From NCBI GenBank assembly GCA_036561525.1, contig DATBPD010000107.1:5502-69501 (forward strand): 64,000 bases of DNA, given 5' to 3'. The stretch comes from Candidatus Dormiibacterota bacterium (lineage in GTDB: Bacteria; Chloroflexota; Dormibacteria; Aeolococcales; Aeolococcaceae). The number at the start of each line of letters is the position of its first letter. The stretch's first letter is position 1. A program made the position numbers and the translations under genes. The notes under the pieces are model-generated. The model was given only the letters and a program-made list of their open reading frames with translations, did no database searches and was not told the origin of the DNA. Of this stretch, positions 1-11,883 are shown one piece after another.

Positions 1-3000
1 GTGCTCTACATCTCGCCGCTCAAGGCGCTGACCGTGGACGTCGAGCGCAACCTGCGCGCCCCGCTGCACGGCATCGCGCTCGAGGCACGGCGTTGCGGTG
101 ACGCCTTCGCGCCGGCGCGTACCGCAGTTCGCAGCGGTGACACGTCCCCCGCGCAGCGGCGCGACCTGGCCCGGCACCCGCCAGACATCCTGATCACCAC
201 CCCTGAATCGCTGTTCCTGATGCTCACCAGCGCGGCCCGCGAGACGCTGCGCAGTGTGCGCACGGTGATCGTCGACGAGATCCACGCGCTCGCCGGCACC
301 AAGCGCGGCGCCCACCTGGCGCTCAGCCTGGAGCGGCTGAGCGTCCTCTGCGGAACCGACCCGCAGCGTGTCGGCCTCTCGGCGACGCAGCGTCCGCTCA
401 ACGAGGTGGCGCGCTTCCTCGGAGGCCGCGACCGTGAGGTGGTGATCGTCGATGCCGGGATGCGCAAGCCGATGGAGCTGCGCATCGAGGTGCCGGTGGA
501 TGACATGGCCGACCTCGACCGTGGCGCCGACCGTGGCGGCGATGAACCAGCCGCGAGGGCGCCCCGGCGCAGCATCTGGCCGGCGATCGCGCCGCGCCTG
601 CTCGAGCTGATCAGGTCGCATCGATCGACGATCGTCTTCGTCAACTCGCGACGGTTGGCCGAGCGGCTCAGCGGGCAGCTCAACGACCTCGCCGGGGAAG
701 ACCTGGTCCGGCCTCATCACGGGTCGATCGCACGTGAGCAGCGCACCGTCGTCGAAGAGATGCTCAAGGAGGGCAGGCTTCCCGCGATCGTCGCCACGTC
801 GTCGCTCGAGCTCGGCATCGACATGGGAGCCGTCGACCTGGTGGTACAGGTGGGCTCGCCGTCGACCGTCGCCGCCGGGCTGCAACGGATCGGCCGCGCC
901 GGTCACAGCGTCGGCGAGGTTTCGAAGGGCACCATCTTCCCGACCCACCGGGGCGACCTCGTCGAGGCCGCGGCGATCGCCGAGCGCATGGTCGACGGAG
1001 TCATCGAGGCGACGCGGGTGCCGCGCAACCCGCTCGACGTGCTCGCCCAGCAGATCGTCGCGATGGCGGCACTCGACACCTGGGAGGTCGCCGACCTGCG
1101 CCGCACGCTGACCCGGGCGTATCCGTTCGCCGATCTCGGTGAGCTTGCTTTCGACGCCACCCTCGACATGCTGGACGGGCGCTACCCGTCAGAGGAGTTC
1201 GGCGAGCTGCGCGCGCGCATCGTCTGGGACCGCGTGGCCGGGACCGTCCGCGGCCGCGCCGGGGCGCAGCGGTTGGCGGTGACCAGCGGCGGGACCATCC
1301 CCGATCGCGGTCTGTACAGCGTCAACATCTTCGAGGACGGCCGTCGCGTTGGCGAGCTCGACGAGGAGATGGTCTACGAGCTGCGCCCCGGCGAGACGTT
1401 CATCCTCGGCGCGACCACCTGGCGTTGTGTGGACATCACCCCACAGCAGGTGCTGGTCCTGCCCGCCCCCGGCGAACCGGGCAGGGTCGCCTTCTGGCAC
1501 GGCGACTCAGTCGGGCGTCCGTACGAGGTGGGCGCCGCGCTCGGCGCCATGGTGCGCGAGCTCGGCGCGCTCTCCGACGACGACGCGGTGCACCGCCTGC
1601 GCAGCCGGGCCGGCCTGGATGAGCGGGCGGCGCGCAACCTCATGGATCACCTCGCCGACCAGGCCGCGGCCACCGGAGCGACGCCCGACGATCGCACCAT
1701 CGTCGTCGAGCGATTCCGCGACCAGCTCGGCGACTGGCGGCTGTGCGTGCTCAGCCCGTTTGGCGCGCGGGTGCATGCCCCCTGGTCGCTGGTGGCCGCG
1801 CAGCGGATGCGCGACGAGGTCGGCTCGGATGTGCAGGCGATCCACAGCGACGACGGCTTCGCGCTGCGCATCGCCGACGCCGACCGCCTGCCCGACGTGT
1901 CCGCACTCTTCCTCGACCCCGATGACATCATCGCCGCCGTCACCGAACAGCTCGATGGCAGCTCGCTGTTCGCCTCCAGGTTCCGCGAGAATGCCGCGCG
2001 GGCGCTGCTCCTGCCGCGTCGCCGCCCTGGCCAGCGCACCCCGCTGTGGCAGCAGCGCCAGCGCAGCGCCGGGTTGCTCCAGGTGGTGGCTCGACACCCG
2101 TCCTTCCCCATCCTGGTTGAGACCTATCGCGAATGCCTCCGCGATGTCTTCGACCTCGAGGCGCTGGCCGGGATCATGCGCGCGGTGCGCGCCCGCCAGA
2201 TCCGCGTCGTCGAGGCGCAGACAGCCCAGGCCTCACCAGTGGCGAGCTCGCTCCTCTTCGAATACATCGCCCAGTACATGTACGACGGCGACGCGCCGCT
2301 CGCCGAACGGCGGGCCGCGGCGCTCAGCCTCGATCGCGAGCTGCTCGCCGAGCTGCTCGGCAGCGACGATCTTCGCGAACTGCTCGACGCGGACGCGATC
2401 GACGCCACCGAGCTCGAGCTGCAGCGCCTCGACACCTCATCGCATCCCCGCGATGCGGACGGTGCACTCGACGTCCTGCGCCGGGTCGGCGACCTCGCCG
2501 ACGGCGAGGCCGAAGCCCGGGGAATCACGGCCGGGTGGGGCCGTGAGCTGGTTGCAGGCCGCCGCGCACTGCGGGTGCGGCTCGCCGGGGAGGCGCGCGT
2601 CATCGCCGCCGACGACGCCGGTCGGTACCGTGACGCGCTCGGCGTCGCCCTGCCTCCGGGGCTGGCCGCAGTGCACGTGGCGCCCTCACCGGACGCGCTC
2701 GCGGTGCTGGTCCGCAGGTACGCGCGCACCCACGTCCCGTTCGTCGCCGGCGAGGTGGCGGCACGGTGGGCCATCTCAGTGCACAGCGTGGTCGACGTGC
2801 TGAGCGCCCTGGTGGCGAGCGGGGAGCTGATCGCCGGCCACTTCCGGCCGGGCGGTGGCGACCGCGAGTACTGCCACCCCGAGGTGCTGCAGAGACTGCG
2901 GCGGCGCTCGCTGGCGGCGCTTCGCCGTGAGGTCGAAGCGGTCCCCGGCGACACCCTGGCGCGATTCCTGCCCGCCTGGCACGGTGTCGGTTCGAAGGAT

Positions 3001-4143
3001 CGAGGGCTGGAACGCCTGCTCGAGGTGATCACCCAGCTGCAGGGGATGCCCGTGGCTCTCTCGGTGCTGGAGCGGGACCTGCTCCCGGCGCGGATGGCTT
3101 ACGACGGCCGGCTCCTCGACGAGCTGATCGCCGCCGGCGAGGTGGTCTGGCAGGGGAGGGGCGCAGTGGGCCGCGACGATGGCCGCGTCGCGCTCTTCCT
3201 GCGCGGCGAGGCGCCCGCGCTACTGGCCGCGACGCTCGACCCGCCCCGCTCTCCCCTGCACGATGCCATCCGCGATCGCCTGGGCCGCGGCGGAGCGGCA
3301 TTCGTGCGCGATCTCCTCGACGCCTGTCCGGGTGTGCCAATTGACGAGGTCATCGACGCGGTGTACGACCTCGTCTGGGCGGGCGAGGTGTGCAACGACA
3401 CGCTGCAACCGCTGCGCTTCCTCGGCCCGGTGCGGCGCCACCCGCGCCGGCCGCTGATGCGACTGGTGCCGCCCCGCGCCCAGGGCCGCTGGTCGCTGAC
3501 CGGGGCAGGGCGCACCAACGTGGGCGCGACCGAGCGGGGCATCGGGCTGGCCACCAGCCTGCTGCAGCGCCACGGCGTGCTCACTCGCGAAGCGGTTGCG
3601 GGAGAGGGGGTGAGCGGCGGCTTTGCGGCCCTGTACCCGGTGCTGCGTGCCATGGAGGAGGCCGGTCGCATCCGGCGGGGCTATTTCGTCGAGGGCTGCG
3701 GCGCTGCGCAATTCGCTCTGCCCGGAGCGGTGGATGCGCTCCGCGGCCAGCGAGCGGTGGAGACCCGCGCCACCCTCCTCGCCGCCGTGGACCCCGCCAA
3801 CCCGTTCGGCGCAGTCTTGCCCTGGCCGAAGTTGGAAGGCCGAGCGTCACGTGCCGCCGGCGCGTACACCATCCTCCGCGGCGGCGAGCTGCGCCTCTTC
3901 GTCGAGCGCGGCGGTCGCTCGATGCTCTGCGGCCATGAACCCGATGACGCTGACATTGCGATGCTCTCCGTGGTGGCGGCGCGCATGGGCAGGCTCGACC
4001 TCCAGGCCATCGATGGCGAACCGGCGTCGGCACACCTCCTGGCCGCCAGGCTGCGCTCTGCGGGGTTCGCCTCGAGCCCGCGGGGGCTGGTGCTGTACGC
4101 GCAGCGGCCGCCCCCGATGCACGCCCGGGCAGACGCCCGATGA
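1..4143 (+). CDS. lhr: ATP-dependent DEAD/DEAH-box helicase Lhr (long form), 5'-truncated by the window edge
   Basis: The frame is open from position 1. Helicase motifs are present: DEIH (VIVDEIHAL), SAT (GLSATQRP), TSSLELGID and QRIGRAGH. They are followed by a >900 aa Lhr-type C-terminal region. The Walker A motif must lie upstream of the window. Stop TGA at 4141-4143. Confidence 0.9.
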   Translation: MLYISPLKALTVDVERNLRAPLHGIALEARRCGDAFAPARTAVRSGDTSPAQRRDLARHPPDILITTPESLFLMLTSAARETLRSVRTVIVDEIHALAGTKRGAHLALSLERLSVLCGTDPQRVGLSATQRPLNEVARFLGGRDREVVIVDAGMRKPMELRIEVPVDDMADLDRGADRGGDEPAARAPRRSIWPAIAPRLLELIRSHRSTIVFVNSRRLAERLSGQLNDLAGEDLVRPHHGSIAREQRTVVEEMLKEGRLPAIVATSSLELGIDMGAVDLVVQVGSPSTVAAGLQRIGRAGHSVGEVSKGTIFPTHRGDLVEAAAIAERMVDGVIEATRVPRNPLDVLAQQIVAMAALDTWEVADLRRTLTRAYPFADLGELAFDATLDMLDGRYPSEEFGELRARIVWDRVAGTVRGRAGAQRLAVTSGGTIPDRGLYSVNIFEDGRRVGELDEEMVYELRPGETFILGATTWRCVDITPQQVLVLPAPGEPGRVAFWHGDSVGRPYEVGAALGAMVRELGALSDDDAVHRLRSRAGLDERAARNLMDHLADQAAATGATPDDRTIVVERFRDQLGDWRLCVLSPFGARVHAPWSLVAAQRMRDEVGSDVQAIHSDDGFALRIADADRLPDVSALFLDPDDIIAAVTEQLDGSSLFASRFRENAARALLLPRRRPGQRTPLWQQRQRSAGLLQVVARHPSFPILVETYRECLRDVFDLEALAGIMRAVRARQIRVVEAQTAQASPVASSLLFEYIAQYMYDGDAPLAERRAAALSLDRELLAELLGSDDLRELLDADAIDATELELQRLDTSSHPRDADGALDVLRRVGDLADGEAEARGITAGWGRELVAGRRALRVRLAGEARVIAADDAGRYRDALGVALPPGLAAVHVAPSPDALAVLVRRYARTHVPFVAGEVAARWAISVHSVVDVLSALVASGELIAGHFRPGGGDREYCHPEVLQRLRRRSLAALRREVEAVPGDTLARFLPAWHGVGSKDRGLERLLEVITQLQGMPVALSVLERDLLPARMAYDGRLLDELIAAGEVVWQGRGAVGRDDGRVALFLRGEAPALLAATLDPPRSPLHDAIRDRLGRGGAAFVRDLLDACPGVPIDEVIDAVYDLVWAGEVCNDTLQPLRFLGPVRRHPRRPLMRLVPPRAQGRWSLTGAGRTNVGATERGIGLATSLLQRHGVLTREAVAGEGVSGGFAALYPVLRAMEEAGRIRRGYFVEGCGAAQFALPGAVDALRGQRAVETRATLLAAVDPANPFGAVLPWPKLEGRASRAAGAYTILRGGELRLFVERGGRSMLCGHEPDDADIAMLSVVAARMGRLDLQAIDGEPASAHLLAARLRSAGFASSPRGLVLYAQRPPPMHARADAR

Positions 4144-4159
4144 GAGGCTGGAGCCTCGC

Positions 4160-4876
4160 TCAGCCCGCCGGTGTCAACCAGTGCGTGATCACGACCCACT
4201 GCAGCACCGCGGCCGCGATGACCAGCGCGTGGAAGATCTCATGGAAGCCGAACGTGTGCGGCCAGGGATCGGGTCGCTTCCGCGCGTAGATGATCGCGCC
4301 GGCGACGTAGACGGCTCCACCGAGGGCGAGGAGGCCGACCCCGACGGGTCCGACGTTGCTGAGCAGCCGGGGCATGATGACCACGCCGAAGCCGCCGATG
4401 GCGATGTAGGGCCCAACCTCGATCACGACGGGCGCGTCGATCCAGAAGAGGTTGACGATGCTGCCGAGCACGGCACCGCCCCACACCACGACGAGGGTGG
4501 TCACGCTCAACCAACCGGTGAGCGCGATGACGGCGATCGGGGTGAAGGTGCCGGCGACGAGCATGAAGATGGTGGCGTGGTCGAGGCGGCGCAGCCAGCG
4601 CCGCACCGACACCGACCAGTGGCCACGGTGATACAGCGCGCTGACGCCGAGGCAGGCGCTGAGCGTGGCTGCATAGATGGCCGTCGAGGTCCGCGCGCCG
4701 CCCGCGGCGGGCGCGTGCAGGATTGCCCACGCGCCCGCGATCAGCGAGATCGGAAAGGCGAGCTCGTGGAGGACGCCGCGCAGGCGTGGTTTGACGAAGG
4801 CCACCGCCGCGCGTGCCGCGTCACCGGCCTCATCGACCGCAATGGCCAGCGGGGAGAGATTGTCCACGCTGTCCAC
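4160..4876 (-). CDS. hemolysin III / PAQR family membrane protein
   Basis: The protein has a seven-hydrophobic-segment profile and Hly-III-type motifs (SALYH, LDHATIFMLVAGTFTP, HEIFHALV). GTG start at 4876. It is convergent with lhr. Confidence 0.85.
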   Translation of the reverse strand: MDSVDNLSPLAIAVDEAGDAARAAVAFVKPRLRGVLHELAFPISLIAGAWAILHAPAAGGARTSTAIYAATLSACLGVSALYHRGHWSVSVRRWLRRLDHATIFMLVAGTFTPIAVIALTGWLSVTTLVVVWGGAVLGSIVNLFWIDAPVVIEVGPYIAIGGFGVVIMPRLLSNVGPVGVGLLALGGAVYVAGAIIYARKRPDPWPHTFGFHEIFHALVIAAAVLQWVVITHWLTPAG

Positions 4877-4939
4877 CTTACCCGTCGGGGGCGCTCCAGT
4901 CGGTGTTGTTCGAGACCGAGTGACATACGATCCGCCCTC

Positions 4940-5998
4940 GTGACCGCAGTCGAGATCACCGGCACAGCGCAGAGGCAGGCCTGGCGTGACGGTGTCCTGC
5001 CCGCGGTCGAGCTGGTGCGTCCCCAGCTCTGGTCAGTACCGGTGCCCATCCCTGACAACCCGCTGCGCTACGTCCTCGTCCACCTGCTCGAGCTCCACGA
5101 CGGCGTCGCCGTCGTCGACACCGGCTGGAACACCGAGGCGGCGTGGACTGCGCTCGTCGATGGCCTTGCCGTAGCCGGGTACTCAGTCGGCGACGTCCGG
5201 GCCGCCCTGATCACGCACATTCATCCCGACCACTACGGTTTGGCGGGTCGGCTGCGCGAGGCCAGCGGCGCCTGGGTGGCTCTGCACCCAGCCGACGCTG
5301 CTCTCCTTCCCGGCCGCTACGGCGCCGACGTGGGCATGGTGGTCGCCCAGATGCGCGGTCTTCTTGCCAACTGCGGCGTCCCCGCCGACGTCGTGGCTGA
5401 GCTGAGCGAAGCGTCGATGGGCGTGCGTGAGTTCGTCAGCCAGGCGGAGCCCGACGTGCTCCTCGAACACGGCAGGCAGCTGCCGCTGCGGGGCTGGGAC
5501 ATCGTACCGCTGCACACGCCGGGACACTCACCGGGCCACGTCTGCTTCCTCGACCGCGACCGGCGGGTCCTGCTCAGCGGTGACCACGTGCTGCCACGGA
5601 TCAGTCCCAACATCTCCGTCCACGCGCAACAGCAGGGCAACCCGCTGGCCGACTTCCTCGACTCCCTGCGCGCCGTTCGCGACCTCGATGTCGAGGAGGT
5701 GCTGCCGGCGCACGAGTGGCGCTTCGCCCCGCTGGCCGCCCGCGTCGACGAGCTGCTCGAGCATCATGCCGAGCGGCTCCGTGTCGTGGAGCAGGCGATT
5801 GCCGACCATCCCGGGGCCACCTGCTGGGAGACGACCCGCCGGCTGCCGTGGTCGCGCACGTGGGACCAGGTGCGTGGTCACATGCAGCGCGCGGCGGTGG
5901 GGGAGACGCTCGCCCATCTCGTCCTCCTCGAAGCGCGCGGGGCTTTGCGGCGCGAGCCCACGGTGCCCTGGCGATGGGTGCGCACCGAGCATCGGTAG
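4940..5998 (+). CDS. MBL-fold metallo-hydrolase
   Basis: It carries the metallo-beta-lactamase motif THIHPDHYG plus HTPGHSPGH. I chose the in-frame GTG at 4940. The upstream part of track ORF 3623-5998 overlaps lhr and the hemolysin gene and is rejected. Confidence 0.85.
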   Translation: MTAVEITGTAQRQAWRDGVLPAVELVRPQLWSVPVPIPDNPLRYVLVHLLELHDGVAVVDTGWNTEAAWTALVDGLAVAGYSVGDVRAALITHIHPDHYGLAGRLREASGAWVALHPADAALLPGRYGADVGMVVAQMRGLLANCGVPADVVAELSEASMGVREFVSQAEPDVLLEHGRQLPLRGWDIVPLHTPGHSPGHVCFLDRDRRVLLSGDHVLPRISPNISVHAQQQGNPLADFLDSLRAVRDLDVEEVLPAHEWRFAPLAARVDELLEHHAERLRVVEQAIADHPGATCWETTRRLPWSRTWDQVRGHMQRAAVGETLAHLVLLEARGALRREPTVPWRWVRTEHR

Positions 5999-6008
5999 AC
6001 TGCCGCGG

Positions 6009-8653
<2,645 letters not shown>

Positions 8654-8654
<1 letters not shown>

Positions 8655-9298
8655 TGCTGATGCCAACCTGGGCCACGTTCACTGTCTTCGCGATCGCCTC
8701 GCTGGCGCTGCTGGTGATCCCCGGGCCTGCGGTGATGTACATCGTCACGCGCAGCGTTGACGAGGGCCGCGCCGCCGGGCTCGCCTCGGTCGCCGGTGTG
8801 CACCTCGGCACCGTGGTCCACGTCAGCGCAGCGGCGCTTGGGATCTCGGCACTCCTGGCGTCGTCGGCAGAGGCGTTCACGCTTGTGAAATTGGCGGGCG
8901 CCGCCTACCTCATCACGATCGGGATTCGGCGCATCCTGGTGCGCGATTCGCGCCCAGCAGATGACACCCTAGTGCGAGCGCCTTTGCGGCGCGTGGTTGC
9001 GACCGGCGTGCTCGTCAATATCCTCAACCCCAAGACTGCGCTGTTCTTTCTCGCGTTTCTCCCCCAATTCATCAACCCCGCAAGGGGGGCGGTGGCTTTG
9101 CAGGTGCTGATGTTGGGTGGACTGTTCATCGCGCTCGGTCTGGTCACTGACGGCACCTATGCCCTGGTCGGCTCGGCGGCTGGCGGCTGGCTGCGCCGGC
9201 GGCTGTGGCGTTCGCGCGGACAGCGCCTGGTCACCGGCGGCGTGTATGTGACCCTGGGCACGGCGGCGGCGCTGACCGGCACGCCGAGGCACGGCTGA
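8654..9298 (+). CDS. LysE/RhtB family amino-acid exporter
   Basis: The product is about 214 aa with six hydrophobic segments and the N-terminal LLVIPGPAVMYIV motif. Its ATG shares one base with the upstream TGA. Confidence 0.85.
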
Positions 9299-9609
9299 GC
9301 CGGTCAGCGCCACGCTCCGAGAAGGACGCCGTCGTGGGTGAGGTTGAGGCTTCCCGTGAGGGTGACCGCCGGGATGAGCAGGAGTCCGAGGACAACGATG
9401 GCAAACGCCAGCCCGGCGAATGTCAGGGTGATCAGCGGGAGCACCGCCCAGATGGCGAACGGGTTGCGCGAAGTAGTGATACCACAACTGACAGTGCGAG
9501 TGGCGCTTCCGACGCGAACGAGGGCTTTGCGGCGTGCGCTTGACGCCGCGGGCCGGCACGTCCCACCATCACGGTCGAGTACGGCCAAGGAAGATCCGGA
9601 GGAGGGCGC

Positions 9610-10284
9610 GTGTTCGGTCGATCGAAGAAGGCCGCGAGCCCTGAGGCGCCGACCGCCGCGACCATTCAGCGTTGCCGCATGGCCGGGTGCCGGCGCCGCG
9701 ACGGATCGGCGTGCGGATACATGGACAAACGCGGCCGCAGCTGTCCCACCGGGTGGTGTCCACAACACGCCGTGCTGGTTGGCGGCCTGCCCTTCTGCCG
9801 CCGGCACGGGTCGACGATGAGCGCGCTCGACGGTGCGGAGGCTGTCGCAGGGCTGCCCGACCTCGACAATCGCGCCCCCTCCCTGGTCGGCTGGATGGGG
9901 CGGGAGCTCGATGCCTCCGTGCGCGACCTTCTCCACAGGGTGGCTGCGAGCGCAGGCGCCGCAGTGATCACCGACCCCGTCCGGCTGCTGCTCACCCCCG
10001 GCGGCCAATCCCGGCGCTGGGCCAAGGCTTGGAAGGTCCTTGACGACACCGCGGTGGTCAGCAGGGTGTCGGTCGAGGTCGACGAGCACGACGACTGCCT
10101 GGTCTGCGCGCGGGTCGACACCGAGTTGATCGGTCAGGGCGTGCCGCCGTGGATCGAGCACCGCCGTGCCGGCCACCTGGTGGACGCGGTCACCGACGCC
10201 GCAGAACGCCGCGCCTTCACCGCGGCGATGGCGCGCTCGATCGAGCTTGTTGTCACCCGGCAGGAGGTGGCGACCCGGAGTTGA
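9610..10284 (+). CDS. hypothetical protein with Cys/His-rich N-terminus
   Basis: A GTG start is preceded by a strong GGAGGAGG Shine-Dalgarno sequence. The ORF has high GC3. Eight Cys/His residues fall in residues 22-66 (CRMAGC...C...C..GWC..H...C..H). I recognise no family. Confidence 0.6.
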   Translation: MFGRSKKAASPEAPTAATIQRCRMAGCRRRDGSACGYMDKRGRSCPTGWCPQHAVLVGGLPFCRRHGSTMSALDGAEAVAGLPDLDNRAPSLVGWMGRELDASVRDLLHRVAASAGAAVITDPVRLLLTPGGQSRRWAKAWKVLDDTAVVSRVSVEVDEHDDCLVCARVDTELIGQGVPPWIEHRRAGHLVDAVTDAAERRAFTAAMARSIELVVTRQEVATRS

Positions 10285-10823
10285 GCGCGCTCAGCATCGG
10301 CTGGACCGAGAGCGCCTCGGAGCGCGAGGCGCGGGTCGACGTCGTCCGCGCCGCCTGGCAGGCGGCGTACTCCCACATCTTCTCCGTCGCCGAGATCGAC
10401 GGGATCTTCGACGGTGACGTCGAGGGCGAGGGCAGCTGGGTGGCGTCAAGGCTCGCACCCGCCGGCACCCTCGGCGCCCGGCGCGATGGCGGGCTCATCG
10501 GCCTCGCATCGCTCGGCCTGCTGCGCAGCGGGGACGCTGAGCTGGCCGCATTCTATGTGCGACCCGAAGAGCAGGGACGAGGCGTCGGCCTGGCTCTCTG
10601 GTCGCGGGCAGTCGACGAGTTCCGCCTCCGCGGCTGCGCGCGGATGGAGGTCTGGACCCTTGCTCGCGCGGCTGCGCGCCGGTTCTACGAGGCTCGCGGC
10701 TGCGTTGCGTTCGCTGAGGGCAGCTTCGCGGCGGCCGGCCATGTCGAACCCGCCGTCGGTTACGCCCTCGACTTCTCCGCGTCGGCCTCGTCGGTGCGCG
10801 GGCAGTCGATGCCCAACCGGTAA
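10281..10823 (+). CDS. GNAT family N-acetyltransferase
   Basis: The acetyl-CoA binding motif EEQGRGVGLAL and RRFYEARG are present. The TTG start at 10281 overlaps the upstream stop (TTGA). Confidence 0.8.
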   Translation: MSALSIGWTESASEREARVDVVRAAWQAAYSHIFSVAEIDGIFDGDVEGEGSWVASRLAPAGTLGARRDGGLIGLASLGLLRSGDAELAAFYVRPEEQGRGVGLALWSRAVDEFRLRGCARMEVWTLARAAARRFYEARGCVAFAEGSFAAAGHVEPAVGYALDFSASASSVRGQSMPNR

Positions 10824-11389
10824 CCCACCTCCTGGCGGTGCCTCGCCCCGACCGGGTCGGCGAACCCGTACCCGGTGTAGAGAACCGACGGGATTCGATG
10901 GCCCACCAGGCGCCGCTCGGCCCGGGCGCGATTGAACGAATGGCGCACGTGATCGAGGCGAAGCAGGACCACGGCTGCGATCGATGCCACCAGGGGCACC
11001 AGTGCCGTCTTGACGCCGGCGGCGGCGTACATGCCGGTGCCGACGATCACCGCGGATTCGGCGAGCAGGACGAGCCGGCGGCTGCCGGTCCGCAGGGTGC
11101 CGAGGCGGAGAACGAGCGCCGTCTCCAGGATGGAGCCGGCGAGCACCCAGGCGGCCAGGGCCGTCCAGAGCGCGCCGCCGGGCAGGAGAACTGTCTGCGA
11201 TGCGGGGAGGCGCAGGGAGGTCGCAGGGGCGGAGAGGCCGGCGGTGAGCATCAGCCCGACGACCACGGCGATGCGGAACACCAGACAGACCTGGGCGAGC
11301 CGCACGGCTGCGGGAGGCGCGATCAACGTGCGGCGCGGCGGGCGGGGCACGCCGAGAGGCGGGAGGGTGCCGGATGGAGACCCATTCAC
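10760..11389 (-). CDS. hypothetical polytopic membrane protein
   Basis: It has four to five hydrophobic segments and a GTG start. I recognise no family. Its 3' end overlaps the convergent GNAT gene by about 60 nt. Confidence 0.5.
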   Translation of the reverse strand: MNGSPSGTLPPLGVPRPPRRTLIAPPAAVRLAQVCLVFRIAVVVGLMLTAGLSAPATSLRLPASQTVLLPGGALWTALAAWVLAGSILETALVLRLGTLRTGSRRLVLLAESAVIVGTGMYAAAGVKTALVPLVASIAAVVLLRLDHVRHSFNRARAERRLVGHRIPSVLYTGYGFADPVGARHRQEVGYRLGIDCPRTDEADAEKSRA

Positions 11390-11505
11390 TGCGGCCAGCG
11401 TAGTGCGCGCGGAATCACCATTCGTGGCAATTGCGTCACGGCCGGTTCACGTTCCGCCGGCCAGCCGTCGCGGCGCCATCGGGCCGTGACGAGCCTGGCG
11501 TCCGG

Positions 11506-11868
11506 TCAGCCGTTGCGCTTGGGCAGGCCGAGGCGCTTGGCACGCCTCTCCGCGGCCCCGAAGGCCACGATGCCGCCGGTCACCAGCACAACGCCCATGG
11601 CAAGCAGCACCGCGACCGTGGGAAGCAGCGCAGCCACGCCGCTGTTGTTGAGCAGCGCGTCGCGCATGCCGGAGAGCGTGTAGGTGAGCGGTGAGGCTCG
11701 ACCGATGGCCTGGAACAGTCCCGGAGGCACCGTCAGCGGGTAGTACACGCCGGAGACGAGCAGCAGGATGCCCTGGACGGCGAACGTCATCTGCTCGCCC
11801 TTCTCAGGCGACAGCAGGGGGAGGATGGCGATGAAGATGCCACCCTGTACGGCCGCTGCCGCCGGCTG
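11506..11868 (-). pseudogene. ABC-2 type transporter permease, C-terminal remnant only
   Basis: The segment GILLLVSGVYYPLTVPPGLFQAIGRASPLTYTLSGMRDALL plus a final TM helix is the typical last ~100 aa of an ABC-2 permease. The frame is closed by TAG at 11871-11869. The N-terminal ~150 aa and the ATPase partner are absent. Confidence 0.6.
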
Positions 11869-11883
11869 CTACGTTGACCGGCC

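Noticed and set aside
3623-4939. Upstream extensions of real genes in the track (3623-4939 before the MBL gene, 5427-6008 before the GH63 gene, 28211-28627 before mraY, 33111-33218 before murC, 34381-34608 before murB, 35076-35531 before ddl, 40799-41359 before the dehydrogenase, 41300-41695 before metF, 46602-46997 before rluD, 48866-49084 before coaB).
   Set aside because: These extensions overlap well-supported neighbouring genes, and their translations are low-complexity. Internal starts reproduce canonical N-termini, often with 1-11 nt operon overlaps.
9304-9490. A small hydrophobic minus-strand ORF tail (…FAIWAVLPLITLTFAGLAFAIVVLGLLLIPAVTLTG…) downstream of the LysE gene.
   Set aside because: Near the hydrophobic segment the only ATG/GTG/TTG start I found is one internal GTG, which gives 46 aa. 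The rest of track ORF 9304-10176 is antisense to the better-supported 9610-10284 gene. There is insufficient evidence to call it.
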